Of a DNA stretch of 64,000 bases, positions 1-11,798 are shown piece after piece. The stretch covers positions 4,278,001 through 4,342,000 of the forward strand of contig OZ336883.1 of NCBI GenBank assembly GCA_965287045.1, written 5' to 3'. The notes below the pieces were generated by a model, which worked only from the letters and a program-made list of their open reading frames with translations, was not told the origin of the DNA and searched no databases. The translations under genes and the position numbers were made by a program. Source of the DNA: Carcharhinus amblyrhynchos. Its lineage: Eukaryota. How positions within the stretch are numbered: position 1 is the stretch's first letter; each line of letters opens with the position of its first letter.

Positions 1-1381
1 TACAAAAAGGAGATACTGTCACAGAAACCTGCCATAGTTACACAAAGGGAACAGAATGTGGATCAGGGACGTTGAAAGAGAGGGCATCACGGTGGATCTT
101 AGAGGATGTGATTGATGGGTAGGTATCATGTGAGAGGACCACGGTTACTACCAGTGATACAATCAAATGAAGCTCTTCCTGATTCATTGGCAAATGTTGT
201 TGGGTAAGCATCGAATTAACTATGGCAACATTGCACAGGCCCTTGAGTAAAATTGGATGGACATATTTTGGATGATGTCATCATATGATCTGTTGCTTCC
301 AAACACACTGCCCTATGTTTGTTCTGAAAGTGTTAAGAATCATTAAATGCAGCAAAGCTCAGAAATTGCTGAAATGAAGGTTAAGGCTGTTATACCATGG
401 ACAAACAGGCTTTGATAGACTACAAGAGGGCTGTAACTACATATAACAGCCCATGACACACTAGGGGCGATTCTCTGACCTCTTTAAACAGCCGATGGGA
501 ATCCTGATGCCCTGGTAAATGGAGAAGCGGCCAAAAATCGGGATTACTGATGGGCTTGAGGTCTCTAGGGATTCACCAGCCCCGCCTTGCTAATCCCATT
601 CGCCCAGAGCAAGCGGAAAGCCCGCTAATTTGAATGCCACAACAGTTCCACTTTATCACCCATCCCCGTAGCGCCTCACTTTCCAACGGCTAACCGGAAA
701 GCCAACAGACTCCCCTTTACCCAAGTTGGTGAATCTTGACTGTCAAAGTCAAATGGGCCTTTTTTCTGCCATCTCATCTTTTTAGAAAAAAACAAAAATG
801 TTTGAAGAAAATGTTTTTTTTAATTGCCTAACTTTAATACCCTTTATGATTTTCTTCCCAGGCATTGCTCACAGTTGTTTTCTAGAGATTATGTTTTAGT
901 TCCTAGACATGCCAGGCCATTCCTGGAGAGTTGATAAACTCAACCCTCATTGCATGGAGTCAGGAAATTTTCTGGAACTGTTCTAAATCTACTGCTTTAA
1001 GTTGCAGAACTGTGATTGAAGGTTCCTTTGCCACTCCTGATTTACTTGTGGCAGAGTGGGACAGCTTTGGACAAAAAATGGAAGGGTTGGGCTGTGAAAT
1101 TCTGGTCTATTAAACAGCTCAAAATTATCAAAAGCCAATATCAATGCTAATCCTAATGCAGCCCCAGCAATACTGGAGTTCCCAGCTTTACCAGGGCCAT
1201 TTGGCCAGTACTGTCATTTCCAAGATTTACTGTTTTTTTCTTTCTGAATTTCTATGTCTGCTAAACAGAAGCTTGTGCAGTGAAAATTTGCTGAATTAAT
1301 CAAGCTCCCAGTTCTTCTGTTTTATCATATTTACACAAAGCCTATGCCTAAACAGTGTATATGTGGTATCAATCCCATTAC

Positions 1382-1592
1382 CTTTAGCATGCTGGACGCA
1401 TGGTTGAAAGCCAGGGTCAATCAGCCATTCACAGGCCTCCTCTGTTGGCATTTTCTCCAACAGCACAGACACCTCAGAGACATGGATCTCCTGGAACAGA
1501 TTTTTGGACAGTCAGAATTGCAGAAAGTTGGAAAAGGAAGAATTCACATATACACCTTTCACAACCTCAGAATGTTCAAAAATGTTATGCAG
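1382..1592 (-). pseudogene. Putative exon of an unidentified minus-strand gene, with one in-frame TGA; possibly the start of a SAM-like domain
   Basis: Acceptor ttcttctttag and donor aag|gtaatg on the minus strand; 211 bp, phase 0 to phase 1. Reads LHNIFEHSEVVKGVYVNSSFSNFLQF*LSKNLFQEIHVSEVSVLLEKMPTEEACEWLIDPGFQPCVQHAK, with the TGA at 1514-1512. EACEWL..xGF resembles SAM helix 1. Confidence 0.5.
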
Positions 1593-1705
1593 CTAAAGAA
1601 GAACAGGAGCTTATCTTTAGTATTGAGCCTGAGGAGCTGAGTACAAAATGGAAATGTTGCAGTACCACCTCTAGTGGGACATGTTATTGCAGCATTAAAG
1701 GTTAA

Positions 1706-4530
1706 ACAAAGAACAAAGAACAAAGAACAACCCAGCATGGGAAACAGGCCCTTCGGCCCAACGAGCCCGCGCCGCCGCATCGCCCTACACCTATTCTACC
1801 CTGCATGTCTACGAATGGGACCCTACTCAGTCAGATTCAGGGAAGAAATAGTGTCAATTTGGTGGAAACCGATTAGCCTAAGAGCACATCTTTGGGGTGT
1901 GGGAGGAAACCGGAGCGCCCGGAGGAAACCCACGCAACCACAGGGAGAATGCACAAACTCCCACAGACACAGGCCCAAATCCATGTATCTGCACAGCTAG
2001 CAGTGCTAGTCACTGAGCTGTTGTGGAGCCCATCTATCGGTCCAGGATCAAGCATACACACCGACATGAAGTACTAGGCCACTCCTGGACTTCCAAGAGC
2101 AGCCCACGCACGACCCGCCGTGTGCATGCCCCTCGCTTGACACGAGGTGGACCTCCACCTGTGGAATAAAGACAAAAAATATTAATCATACAGCCTGCCC
2201 TTCCGGTGTCTCCCGAGGTTTAACCCTATTTAATAGCCCCTACCATATCCCTCCATTCTCGTTTCACTCATGTGCCTATCTAACTGCATCTTAAACGAGT
2301 CCAACGTTCCTGCCTCCACCACCCTACTCGGTAGCGCATTCCAGACCCCCACAACTCTCTGCGTAAAGAACCTTCCTCTTACCTCCAAATTATACCTCCC
2401 CCCCCTCACCCTTAAGTGATGACCTCTCGTGTTCGTACCCAGTCTAGGGAGCAGTCTCTCACTATTAACTCTATCTATTCCCTTCAGTATCTTATATACC
2501 TCTATCATGTCCCCTCTCAATCTCCGTCTTTCCAAGGAGAATAGCCCCAGTCTCTTCAATCTCTCCTCGTAACCCAGTCCCCCCATGCCAGGCAACATCC
2601 TGGTAAACCTCCTCTGCACCCTTTCCAGAGACTCCACGTCCTTCCGGTAATAAGGTGACCAGAACTGGACGCAGTACTCCAAATGCAGTCTAACCAACGT
2701 TCTGTACAACTGAAGCATTAGACGGCAGCTTTTATACTCTAAGCCCCTTCCTATAAAGGCTAACATCCCATAAGCCTTCCTAACAACGTTCTCCACTTGT
2801 GACGCAACCTTCATGGATTTGTGAACCTGCACTCCCAGGTCCCTCTGTACGTCTATACTCCTAATCGGCCTACCTTTTATCACATAGCTCCTCTCTGCAT
2901 TATTCCTTCCAAAATGCATCACCTCGCATTTGTCAGGATTAAATGCCATCTGCCACCTATCTGCCCACTGCACCAACCTATCTATATCCTGTTGTATCAC
3001 CTGACAATCCAGTTCCGTACCCGCCAACCCTGCCATCTTGGTGTCATCAGCAAACTTGCTGATCACACCACCTACGCCCTCTTCTAAGTCATTTATGTAG
3101 ACTACAAAGAGGAGAGGTCCCAGTACCGAGCCCTGCGGCTCACCACTGGTCACTGGCCTCCAGCCCGACAAGGTACCCTCCACAACTACCCTCTGTCTCC
3201 TATTTCCCAACCAGTTCTCAATCCACCTAGCTACCTGGCCTCGTATCCCATGCGCCTTAACCTTTTCTACCAGCCTACCGTGAGGGACTTTGTCAAACGC
3301 CTTACTGAAATCCATATAGATGACATCAACGGCTCTCCCATCGTCAACCGTTTTTGTCACCTCCTCAAAGAATTCCACCAGATTCGTAAGGCAAGACCTC
3401 CCTCTAACAAAGCCATGTTGCGTATCCCTAATCAGATCGCAACGCTCCAAATGCTCATACATCCTACCCCTAAGTATTTTTTCCATTAACTTCCCTACCA
3501 CCGACGTCAAACTCACCGGCCTATAATTCCCAGGGTTATCCCTACTACCTTTTTTGAACAACGGGACCACATTTGCTACCCTCCAGTCTTCTGGGACCTC
3601 ACCTGTGTCCAAAGAAGAGACAAAGATTTGCGCCAGAGGCCCAGCAATTTCATCTTTTGCCTCCCTAAGCAGCCTGGGATAAATACCATCAGGCCCCGGA
3701 GCTTTATCCGTCCTTACGCTACCTAAAAGCCCTAGCACTTCCTCTCTCGTAATAACTATATCCTGCAACTGAACCTCCGCTCCCTCCAAGAGACCGCACG
3801 ATTCCGAACCCCTCTCCTTCGTGAATACCGACGCAAAGTATTCATTCGGGAGCTCCCCCATTCCCTCCGACTCAATACGCAACTCTCCACTCTTGTCCCT
3901 AAGAGGACCAATTTTCCCTCTAACTACTCTCTTGCCTCTAATATAGGAATAAAATGCTTTAGGATTATCCTTAATCCTACCAGCCAAAGCCATCTCATGC
4001 CCTCTCTTCGCCCTTCTAATTCCCCTTTTTAGCTCCCTCCTACTCTCTCTATATTCCTCCAGCGCACACTCCGTACCCATTTGTTTTGACCTAACATACG
4101 CCTCCCTCTTCTTCCTGACCAAGTCTTCAATATCCCCCGTAATCCACGGCTCTCTAATCCTACCTTTCCCATCCTTTCGCTTAACCGGAACAAACCTCCC
4201 CTGCAACCATTTCATTTTGTCCCTAAAAGCCTCCCACTTGCCAACCGTGGACTTGCCAGCTAACAGTCCCTCCCAGTCAGTTTGCTGCAGCTCCCTCCTA
4301 ATCCTGCCATAGCTCGCCTTTCCCCAGTTCAGCACACTCCCGCTTGGACAGCACTCATCCCTTTCCATTTTTATCCTAAAGTAGACGGACTTGTGGTCAC
4401 TGTTCACCACATGTTCGCCTACTTCTACCTCACCCACCTGCCCTGGCTCGTTTCCCAACACTAAATCCAGTATAGCCCCTCCCCTAGTCGGGCAAGTTAC
4501 ATACTGTTCTAGCGACCCTTCCATAACCCA
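1706..4530 (-). mobile_element. Young 5'-truncated CR1 LINE with an unusually long 3'UTR ending in (gttcttt)n
   Basis: Open ORF2 at 2230-4524, followed by about 520 bp of 3'UTR containing a SINE body and the CR1-type tail gggccgaagggcctgtttccc...gttctttgttcttt. Confidence 0.93.
2230..4524 (-). CDS. CR1 ORF2 reverse transcriptase (764 aa; endonuclease C-terminal end plus RT, 5'-truncated)
   Basis: Motifs PTRG..LDLVL, SDH, KAPGPDG, NYRPVSLTS, QHGF, DFSKAFDKV, GEPQGSVLGP (canonical GVPQG), FADD and LERRRLRGD. Confidence 0.93.
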   Translation of the reverse strand: MEGSLEQYVTCPTRGGAILDLVLGNEPGQVGEVEVGEHVVNSDHKSVYFRIKMERDECCPSGSVLNWGKASYGRIRRELQQTDWEGLLAGKSTVGKWEAFRDKMKWLQGRFVPVKRKDGKGRIREPWITGDIEDLVRKKREAYVRSKQMGTECALEEYRESRRELKRGIRRAKRGHEMALAGRIKDNPKAFYSYIRGKRVVRGKIGPLRDKSGELRIESEGMGELPNEYFASVFTKERGSESCGLLEGAEVQLQDIVITREEVLGLLGSVRTDKAPGPDGIYPRLLREAKDEIAGPLAQIFVSSLDTGEVPEDWRVANVVPLFKKGSRDNPGNYRPVSLTSVVGKLMEKILRGRMYEHLERCDLIRDTQHGFVRGRSCLTNLVEFFEEVTKTVDDGRAVDVIYMDFSKAFDKVPHGRLVEKVKAHGIRGQVARWIENWLGNRRQRVVVEGTLSGWRPVTSGEPQGSVLGPLLFVVYINDLEEGVGGVISKFADDTKMAGLAGTELDCQVIQQDIDRLVQWADRWQMAFNPDKCEVMHFGRNNAERSYVIKGRPIRSIDVQRDLGVQVHKSMKVASQVENVVRKAYGMLAFIGRGLEYKSCRLMLQLYRTLVRLHLEYCVQFWSPYYRKDVESLERVQRRFTRMLPGMGGLGYEERLKRLGLFSLERRRLRGDMIEVYKILKGIDRVNSERLLPRLGTNTRGHHLRVRGGRYNLEVRGRFFTQRVVGVWNALPSRVVEAGTLDSFKMQLDRHMSETRMEGYGRGY

Positions 4531-4659
4531 GACAGTGCCACCCTAGAGGTCCTGCTCTACATTACACATTACAAATATCCATTATTACTGTGGATACAGA
4601 ATCTTCAAATAACAAAGTTGAAATGCAGAATGTTATTAATATATTAACAAATTCAAGAC

Positions 4660-5411
4660 AGTTTCCTGGTGCTATGTCAGTTTGGCCAACCCAATTGCTG
4701 GCCAGCCCTGCAACCCCACTGTCGCTAGCCTTCTGACCGCCCCACTCCGATCCCTAGTCTCCCGGACTTCCCCAGGCTAGTCCCTATGTCCCCCCCTCTG
4801 GCCAGCCCCAGCCTCCTCAAATTCTTCCCGGATCCTGATGACCATCCCCAAACCCCCTCCAACATCCCCAATCTCCTCCCATCTGGATGGCCAGCCCCAA
4901 TTGTCCCCTTTCCTCCTTTTGCCAATGATCCCAATACAGAGGGCAACAGGGACCCTCCCCCATCCCACTGATTGCTCCCCAAATAGGCCTGACCCCCATA
5001 TGGCCCCATCCCCTTGGGCAGTGCCAGCACCCTCTTTACCCCCAACCTCCAGGGTGGGGGGGAGTGCCTCAATGGTCTCTCTTCTCTCCAGCAGGGTCAG
5101 GCCAGCTGTTTGCTGTTAGTGGGGAGTAGGCATAAACCCCACTGGAGGGAACCACTCCTGGCGGGAACGGGGGGAGATACTATCAGGCTCGGAGAATTCA
5201 GTTCTGGGCCTGCTAATCAAATGAAGATTTCCATACTAAAATTAGCTCCACACCAGAAATTGGCATGGAGCTGATGACACTGAAAATCTTGGTCCTGGAG
5301 ACACACTGAGGCCATGACATCCAGGGGGAAGCCCATGAATCTGCTCCCGCTGATGTCTCCCTGCCCACTCTGCTACTCAAGTAACACAGCAGGCTGGGAG
5401 AATTATCCCCT
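4660..5411. mobile_element. GC-rich non-autonomous interspersed repeat (probable DNA transposon or MITE derivative)
   Basis: GC-rich, C-skewed block ending in gggagaattatcccc, similar to the ends of other MITE-like segments (463, 7672); no credible ORF. Confidence 0.4.
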
Positions 5412-5599
5412 GTAAGTTTTCAAGGAGGAGTTAGGTATAGCTCTTGGGCTGAAGGGGATCAAAGGATATGGAGAAAGCAGGATCAGGTTATTGAGTTAAG
5501 TGATCAGCCATGATCATAATAAATGGCAGAATGGGCTCAAAGGGCCAAATAGCCTATTCCTGCTCATATTTACTATGTTTTTAAAATTAGCCATTGACC

Positions 5600-5930
5600 C
5601 ACTAAGAGGATTTTCGGATAGATGCTTGATCTAAAGGATATGTTCTGTGGAACTCCTTAAAAGGAAAAAGAAAGATATGCAGATAAGATGTTTAAGGAGG
5701 GAATGCAGAGCCAAGGGCTAAGGCATCTGAAGGCACAGCCATCAATCATGGAGAGATTAAAATTGGGAATGATCAAGAGGTTAGAATTACTTAAATGCAG
5801 ATACCTTGGAGAGTTGTGGGGCTGTAGGAGATTACAGAGATAAGGTGTGGTGACTGTCATGTGTGGTTATTAAAAAATCCAGGAGATCATTAGGTCAGTG
5901 TAATGGTGCGAGATAAGACATGGGCAAAAG
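5600..5930 (-). mobile_element. L2/CR1-group LINE 3' fragment
   Basis: Minus-strand translation ...LLIIPNFNLSMIDGCAFRCLSPWL resembles the L2 ORF2 C-terminus (GxRAFSxxAPxLWN). Confidence 0.6.
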
Positions 5931-6056
5931 ATGATGTGGAGATGCCGGCATTGGGCTGGGTGGGTACAGCAGGAAGTCTCACAACACCAGGTTAAAGTCC
6001 AACAGGTTTATTTGGTAGCATGAGTTTTTGGAGCGCTGCCCCTTCATCAGGTGAGA
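5930..6056 (-). mobile_element. Penelope-like element terminal (pLTR) fragment with a degenerate hammerhead motif
   Basis: Its reverse complement matches the terminus of the Penelope element at 32720-32805 (ctgatgaagg...ccaaataaacctgttggactttaacctggtgttgtgagacttc). Confidence 0.8.
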
Positions 6057-6418
6057 ATAGCTATTAGATAGAAGGCTGATTAAAGCTAGATGATTGGGTG
6101 TTGCCAAGTACACCTGATTGTTATCATTGGGAATGCACAAATTGAAAGGGTGGTGGAAACAAATTAAATAGTAGCATTCAGTAGGAAATTGAAATTAAAA
6201 AAAAAGAGATTGTGCGTATAGAGCTGGGGGGAGATGAGAGTAATTGGATAATTCTTTTAAAGGACTGACATGGACATCGTGGTCCAAATCTTTCTGCACT
6301 TAATGATTCTAGAAAGAAAAATTACCCAAAACATTGTTTTTAGCTCCTTTGAGGTTCACCTGCAGCTAAGTTTAATCCTCTTACTATTTCACCAGAGTTC
6401 CATTCTAAAATTAGTCAC

Positions 6419-6501
6419 CTTATCAATTCCTGATGTGTCGAGCCTTTTGTTTAGTTTCCGATGCTCCAAGTCTTCCTCTCCAATGTCCTGGCTCTCGCTG
6501 C
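6419..6501 (-). CDS. Putative 83-bp exon of the unidentified minus-strand gene
   Basis: Acceptor ttattgtgcag and donor aag|gtgact; reads (G)SESQDIGEEDLEHRKLNKRLDTSGIDK. Its phase-0 end matches the phase-0 start of the 1382-1592 exon. Confidence 0.45.
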
Positions 6502-6744
6502 CTGCACAATAAATGTATAAGTATCCACTATGTTTAATGGGTTGTCTGATATACATATCCCTTTAATGTCAGAATAATACTCTGTAGAAAATTTATGACT
6601 CCACTGGCCATGGGCTCTCCTAAGTGAAGATTTTTCTGTTTGAAACATTGCAGTTGAACTATTAAGTACTTTCTCTTTGTGCGCAAGTCTGATCATTGGA
6701 TTAATCACCTCCATCCAAAATAGGGGGGGAATCATAATCTTAAG

Positions 6745-6965
6745 ATAAGTAGTCTCACAAGATCAGGTTAAAGTCCAACAGGTTTATTTGGTAGCATGAG
6801 ATTTCAGAGTGCTGCCCCTTCATCAGGTGAGTCATCAGGTTATCATCTGATGAAGAAACAGCATTCCGAAAGCTTGTGCTACCAAATAAACCTGTTGGAC
6901 TTTAACCTGGTGTTGCGAGACTTCTTACTGCACCCAGCCCAATCCAACATCGGTATCTCCATATC
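6745..6965. mobile_element. Inverted pair of Penelope pLTR fragments (hairpin) with two hammerhead-like motifs
   Basis: 6751-6829 is the reverse complement of about 6844-6923; flanked by cttaagataag and cttaaaataag. Confidence 0.8.
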
Positions 6966-7239
6966 TTAAAATAAGAACAGTACCACTCAGCTCTGGTGTT
7001 AGGAAGAACTTCCTCAAAAAAAAGCATGGAAATCAGAAACTCACCTCCCCCAAAAACTGTTGAAGAGAACGGCAATTGAAAATTACAAGAATAAGTTATA
7101 ATTTTTTAATGGGCAAGGATATTAAAGCTTTTGGAACAGAGACAATTATATTTGAGTTTAGGTATAATCAACATGATCACAATGAAAGGCAGAACAGACA
7201 GGAGAGGCTGAATCATCTCCTATACCTATGGCTAGAATT

Positions 7240-7505
7240 AGGGTAGGCACTGGTGTAATGGTTTTGTTGTTGGACCAGTAATCCAGAGTCCCAGAGTAAA
7301 GGTCTGGGGACCTGGGTTTGAATCTCAGCACAACATTTGGTAAAATTTGAATTTGATAAAAATTTAGAATTAAAAGTCTCATGATGACCACAAAACCATT
7401 GTCGATAAAAACCCAACTGGTTCACTAATGTCCTTTAGCGAAGGAAATCTGCTGCCCGTACGTGGTCTGACCTACATGTGACTCTGGACCCATAGCAATA
7501 GCCCA
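7240..7505 (+). mobile_element. tRNA-derived SINE
   Basis: A-box-like tggtgtaatgg and B-box-like gggtttgaatctc; the body is shared with the inverted copy at about 47720-48090. Confidence 0.65.
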
Positions 7506-7537
7506 GCCTGCAACGCCTACGTCTCATGAACGAACAA

Positions 7538-7672
7538 GGAAGAAAATTCTCGGGCCGTTCATGCCCACTGCCACTGCCAGAAAGGATGGAGAATTTGGCG
7601 CTCAGCAAATCTCCATTCACTGCAGCAGGACGGGAAAATCCCACTGACATGAACAGCTGGAGAATCCTGCCC
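7538..7672. mobile_element. Short palindromic MITE
   Basis: Ends (a)gaaaattctc and ggagaatcctgccc; internal hairpin atggagaatttg...caaatctccat. Confidence 0.55.
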
Positions 7673-8294
7673 TTATGTACCTTTGTTTGCTTACTTTGTA
7701 ATTGGCTATACCCAAACATCTGGTTTTAATCAGCCTTCTATTTAATAGCTGTTCTAGATATAATGAAAATATTAAGTTTGCATTTTTCTGTTAAAAGCAA
7801 AATTACTTGGGTTACATTTTCAGATTTTAAAGCAGATTTTAGAAATCTAATCTTAGGATCTGGGTGTTGCTGGATATTATTATTATCCATCTCTATTTGT
7901 CCAGAGAAGATGATGGTGAGCTTTCTCTGAGAACTGAGTATGTGTTGGGCCACTTTAGAAAGGAGCTAAGAGTCAAATATGTTGCTACGAAACTGGAGAC
8001 ACATAACTGGGCTGGGTTCCTTACCCCAGGCCACCATGGAGGTTAAAAATAGAATTTGGCAGGTAGCTTGCTCTTTCTCACCTACCCCCAGTCTAGTCCC
8101 CACTGTATAACAAGCAAAATCGATAGCCAACTTGGCATGTTTGAATAAAAATAAGTAACAGGTAATCGAACTTGTTGATAAACCAATCAACTGATGATAT
8201 TTGATTGGCTGGCAGCTCTGAAAGGCAGGAATTTCCTCCCAGCATGTCATAGCAGCGAGTTGGCCTTTTTTACTGTCAGACAGTTCAAAGAAGA

Positions 8295-8835
8295 AAGACA
8301 AAGAAAAGTACAACACAGGACAGGCCTTCTGGCTCGCCAAGTCTGTGCCAATCATGATGCCCTAACTCAACTAGAAAAAAACACAACTGCCCTTACCCAT
8401 TCCGTATCCCTCTATTCCCTCCCTATTCATGTACCCATCCAGATGCCTCTTAAATTTTGCTAATGTGCCTGCTTCTATCACCTCCTCTGGCAGCACATTC
8501 CACGCACCCACCACTCTCTGCATGAAAAGCTTGCCCCACATATCTCCCTTAGACTTTTCCTCTCTCACCTTGAATCTCTGCCACTTGTGATGGACATTTG
8601 CATCATGGGAGAAAGCCTCTGACTATCCACCCTGTCTATGTCTCTAATAATTTTGTCGACCTCTATCAGGTCTCCCTTCAGCCTCTGTCTTTCCTGTGAA
8701 AACAACACTAGCTTATTCACCCTCTCTTCATAGCCAACACCCTCGAGACCAGGCAACATCCTGGTGAACATTTTTTGCACTCTCTCCAAAGCTTCCACAT
8801 TCTTCTGGTAGTGTGGTGACCAGAACTGCATGTAC
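8295..8835 (-). mobile_element. CR1 3' fragment
   Basis: QFWSPHYQKNVEALERVQ...QRVVGAWNVLP plus the CR1 tail. Confidence 0.9.
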
Positions 8836-9306
8836 ACATCAGTTTAGAACTGACTTTGGTAATGGGTGGGTATGGAAGTGAGCAATATAACTCCCTATAA
8901 AATTCAGCCCATTGGCTCAACCTGGGTAAGGAAGGAAAACTTCATCCACTGAAGTACAATAGTAAATTTGTTTGATTATAACAACCTTCTGACAACTTCT
9001 GAATCACTTGAATTGAGAACAGCCTTTCATTTCCAGATTAATTTAAACTGAATTTAAGGGGCCAAATTTTGCTCAGTGTTTGGAGTATGAATAGTCACAC
9101 ACAGGGCTGGAGTTTCATGAAATCATGGAGAATCTGTGAAGGGGTGAAAATAACTACTGGGAATCCAATTCTGAGATCCCTGGCCACATTCCCTGGGTTT
9201 CTGATTTTTAAGAATGCCTTTTAACGGCAAAGGCAGGATCCAAGCATAAGCCCATATCCCACGTTCCCAACCTTGAGTCCTTTGAGGAACTAGCTTGAGG
9301 AAGAGT

Positions 9307-10157
9307 CATAAGAAACATAAGAAATAGGAGCAGGAGTAGGCCATCTAGCCCCTCAAGCCTGCCCCGCCATTCAATAAGATCATGGCTGATCTGAAGTGGC
9401 TCAGTTCCACTTTCCCGCTTTTTCCCCATAACCCTTAATCCCCTTGCCTACCAAAAGCCTATCTACCTGTGTCTTAAATATATTCAGCGAAGAAGCCTCC
9501 AACACTTCAACAGGCAGAGAATTCCAGAGATTCACCACCCTTTGAGTGAAGAAGTTCCTCCTCAACTCCGTTCTAAACTGCCCCCCCCGCCTTATCTTGA
9601 GGCTGTGCCCTCTAGTCCTGCTGTCCTTTCTGAGCGGGAAGAATCTCTCTACCTCTACCCTATCCATCCCATTCATCATCTTATACGTCTCTATAAGATC
9701 CCCCCTCATCCTTCTAAACTCCAACGAGTATAAGCCCAGTCTATTCAGCCTCTCTTCATAGTTCAACCCCCTCAACTCTGGTATCAGCCTAGTGAACCTC
9801 CTCTGCACTCCCTCCAAGGCCAATATATCCTTCCGCAAGTGCGGCGACCAAAACTGCACACAGTACTCCAGCTGCGGCCTCACCAGTGCCCTGTACAGTT
9901 GCAGCAAGACCTCCCTGCTTTTATATTCTATCCCCCTCGCTATGAAGGCCAGCATCCCATTTGCCTTCCTGACCACCTGCTGCACCTGTAGGCTGGGTTT
10001 TTGCGACTCATGCACAAGGACCCCCAAGTCCCTCTGCACCGTAGCATGCTGTAGCTTTTCGCCCTTTAAATAGTAATCTCTCCTACTATTATTCCTGCCA
10101 AAGTGGATAACCTCACACTTGCTAACATTGTACTCCATCTGCCAGGTCCTCGCCCAC
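9307..10157 (-). mobile_element. CR1 3' fragment (family with (atgttctt)n tail)
   Basis: ORF 9401-10192 encodes the RT C-terminus; near-identical to copies at 20411-21650, 42283-43495, 52636-53043 and 56103-56298. Confidence 0.93.
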
Positions 10158-11798
10158 AAGACCCAGGAGGTGTCATAAATTGAAGTCTGCATAAGTCAAC
10201 CTTTTGAAAAGTAAGTTGAAATGGTCCTCCTTATGTGCCAGAGCCAAGGTATTGCCCTCTCCAAAATACCTCCTATGGTTACTCATGCCCTCTATGCCAG
10301 GATATGGTACTTCCATGCCTATTCATCACTATACATTGACATGATCCAACGAACCTTACAGTGACAATAGGATGTGTAAGAAAATCCTTTAACAAAACAG
10401 TAATTTGTTAGTGATATTCAACTTTCTTAACATAAACTCCATATATTGCAGGCCAGTAAAAGTATCAATCGTTCAGACCCCTTAAAGTATCAAAAACAAA
10501 AACTGCAAGTGCTTGAAACCTCCTATCTTATGTTAGTAAAGGTTGTGCAAATGACAAGAGATCAGAGAACAGAACTATTAATCAAGCAATGTTTTCCCTG
10601 GGACTCAGGTTTTTTGATAATCTAACGGATTTTTGAGCACTCAGCCAAGCCTCAGTGTACATTCTAGGCTGACAGTCCAGACATCCAGTATGGTATTGAA
10701 ACAGCTGAAGCCAAAGGAAAACAATTCCTATTTGACAATTCTGTGCTTTCTGATCTTTACTGTCAATTGCACATATTTTACTCATATAAGGTGAGAAGGT
10801 TTCAAGTGTTTGCAACTTTCGCTTTGATATTTTAAAGGGAAAGATGATTGACATTTCTATTTCCCTGCAGTAAAAAGCAATTTTGTTTTAAGGGAGCAGA
10901 AGACTATCAAAGAATGGCTTTTTAAAGCTTTTGTTTACTCGTTCCATTGTCACTATAGGATTTATTGGTTCAAGATATTGTATCGTGGAGGAACAAAAAT
11001 GCTATAGCTTGATATGGAGGGCATTACAGCCAAAGGGTGTGTAATGAAGACAGAGTATGGTTGCATTATAACTGGGACACAGTACCATTGTGCATGCATT
11101 GGCCATGCACACACACGTGTACACACATGACGCACAAGCGCACACATTCTATAATGAAAACTCCATTGTTTCTGGCACTTCTTGCATCAGACTGGCCATG
11201 CAGGAATTTTCACAATTTCTGATCACCTTATGGATGAAAATCAAGTCTTTTTCATAGGAAATCTGATTTTCCTCCACATTGCCTCGCTGCATTATTTTTG
11301 TAGGGCATGAATGCCCAGTTTGTAAAATGTCCACCTGGTCCCACTGAGGTCATTTTAGATGGAAAACAAAAATTGGATTTCCTGCTGCCTAGTGGTGAGT
11401 TTTAAAACCCCATTGAAGGCACACCAATTTGACAGTTCATTAAGAAAAGAGGAAGCCTGCTGAGGAATGTGGAACATTCTAAAAAATAAGCAAGTGTAAA
11501 TGCTTTCACATCCTCGAGTGTCACTATTAGGTACTGTATTGTAATGTGAATGTGTTTTCAATGCAGTGATTCATCATAGAGATCAGTCCTTGAAAAGTAA
11601 GTTGGATCTTATTTTGACCAGCCTGTGTATTTGTTCACATGTATCACAGTTTTCCAATGGAAATGTGGTCAATGTATTTAAATACCCTGTTAGCCTGTGT
11701 TATCATCATCCTATTGTGATCTAAAGGGTTCCGATTGAGTTTTTAAAAAGTCTGGTTTGGAAAATGGAAAGAAACATCTGCATCCCTACATTGAGTAA

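Noticed and set aside
1-450. Possible Gypsy RT remnant (ILDDVII)
   Set aside because: A single short motif and too degenerate to support a call.
1663-1690. TCPTRGG similarity between the 3' flank and the CR1 5' end (about 4475-4500), and CTCF-like motifs on both flanks
   Set aside because: Only about 18 of 26 nt match and the CTCF matches are imperfect; not distinguishable from chance.
4725-5274. Overlapping Pro/Gly-rich ORFs here and at 58600-59160 and 60370-60970
   Set aside because: Stop-poor GC-skewed repeat sequence, not protein-coding.
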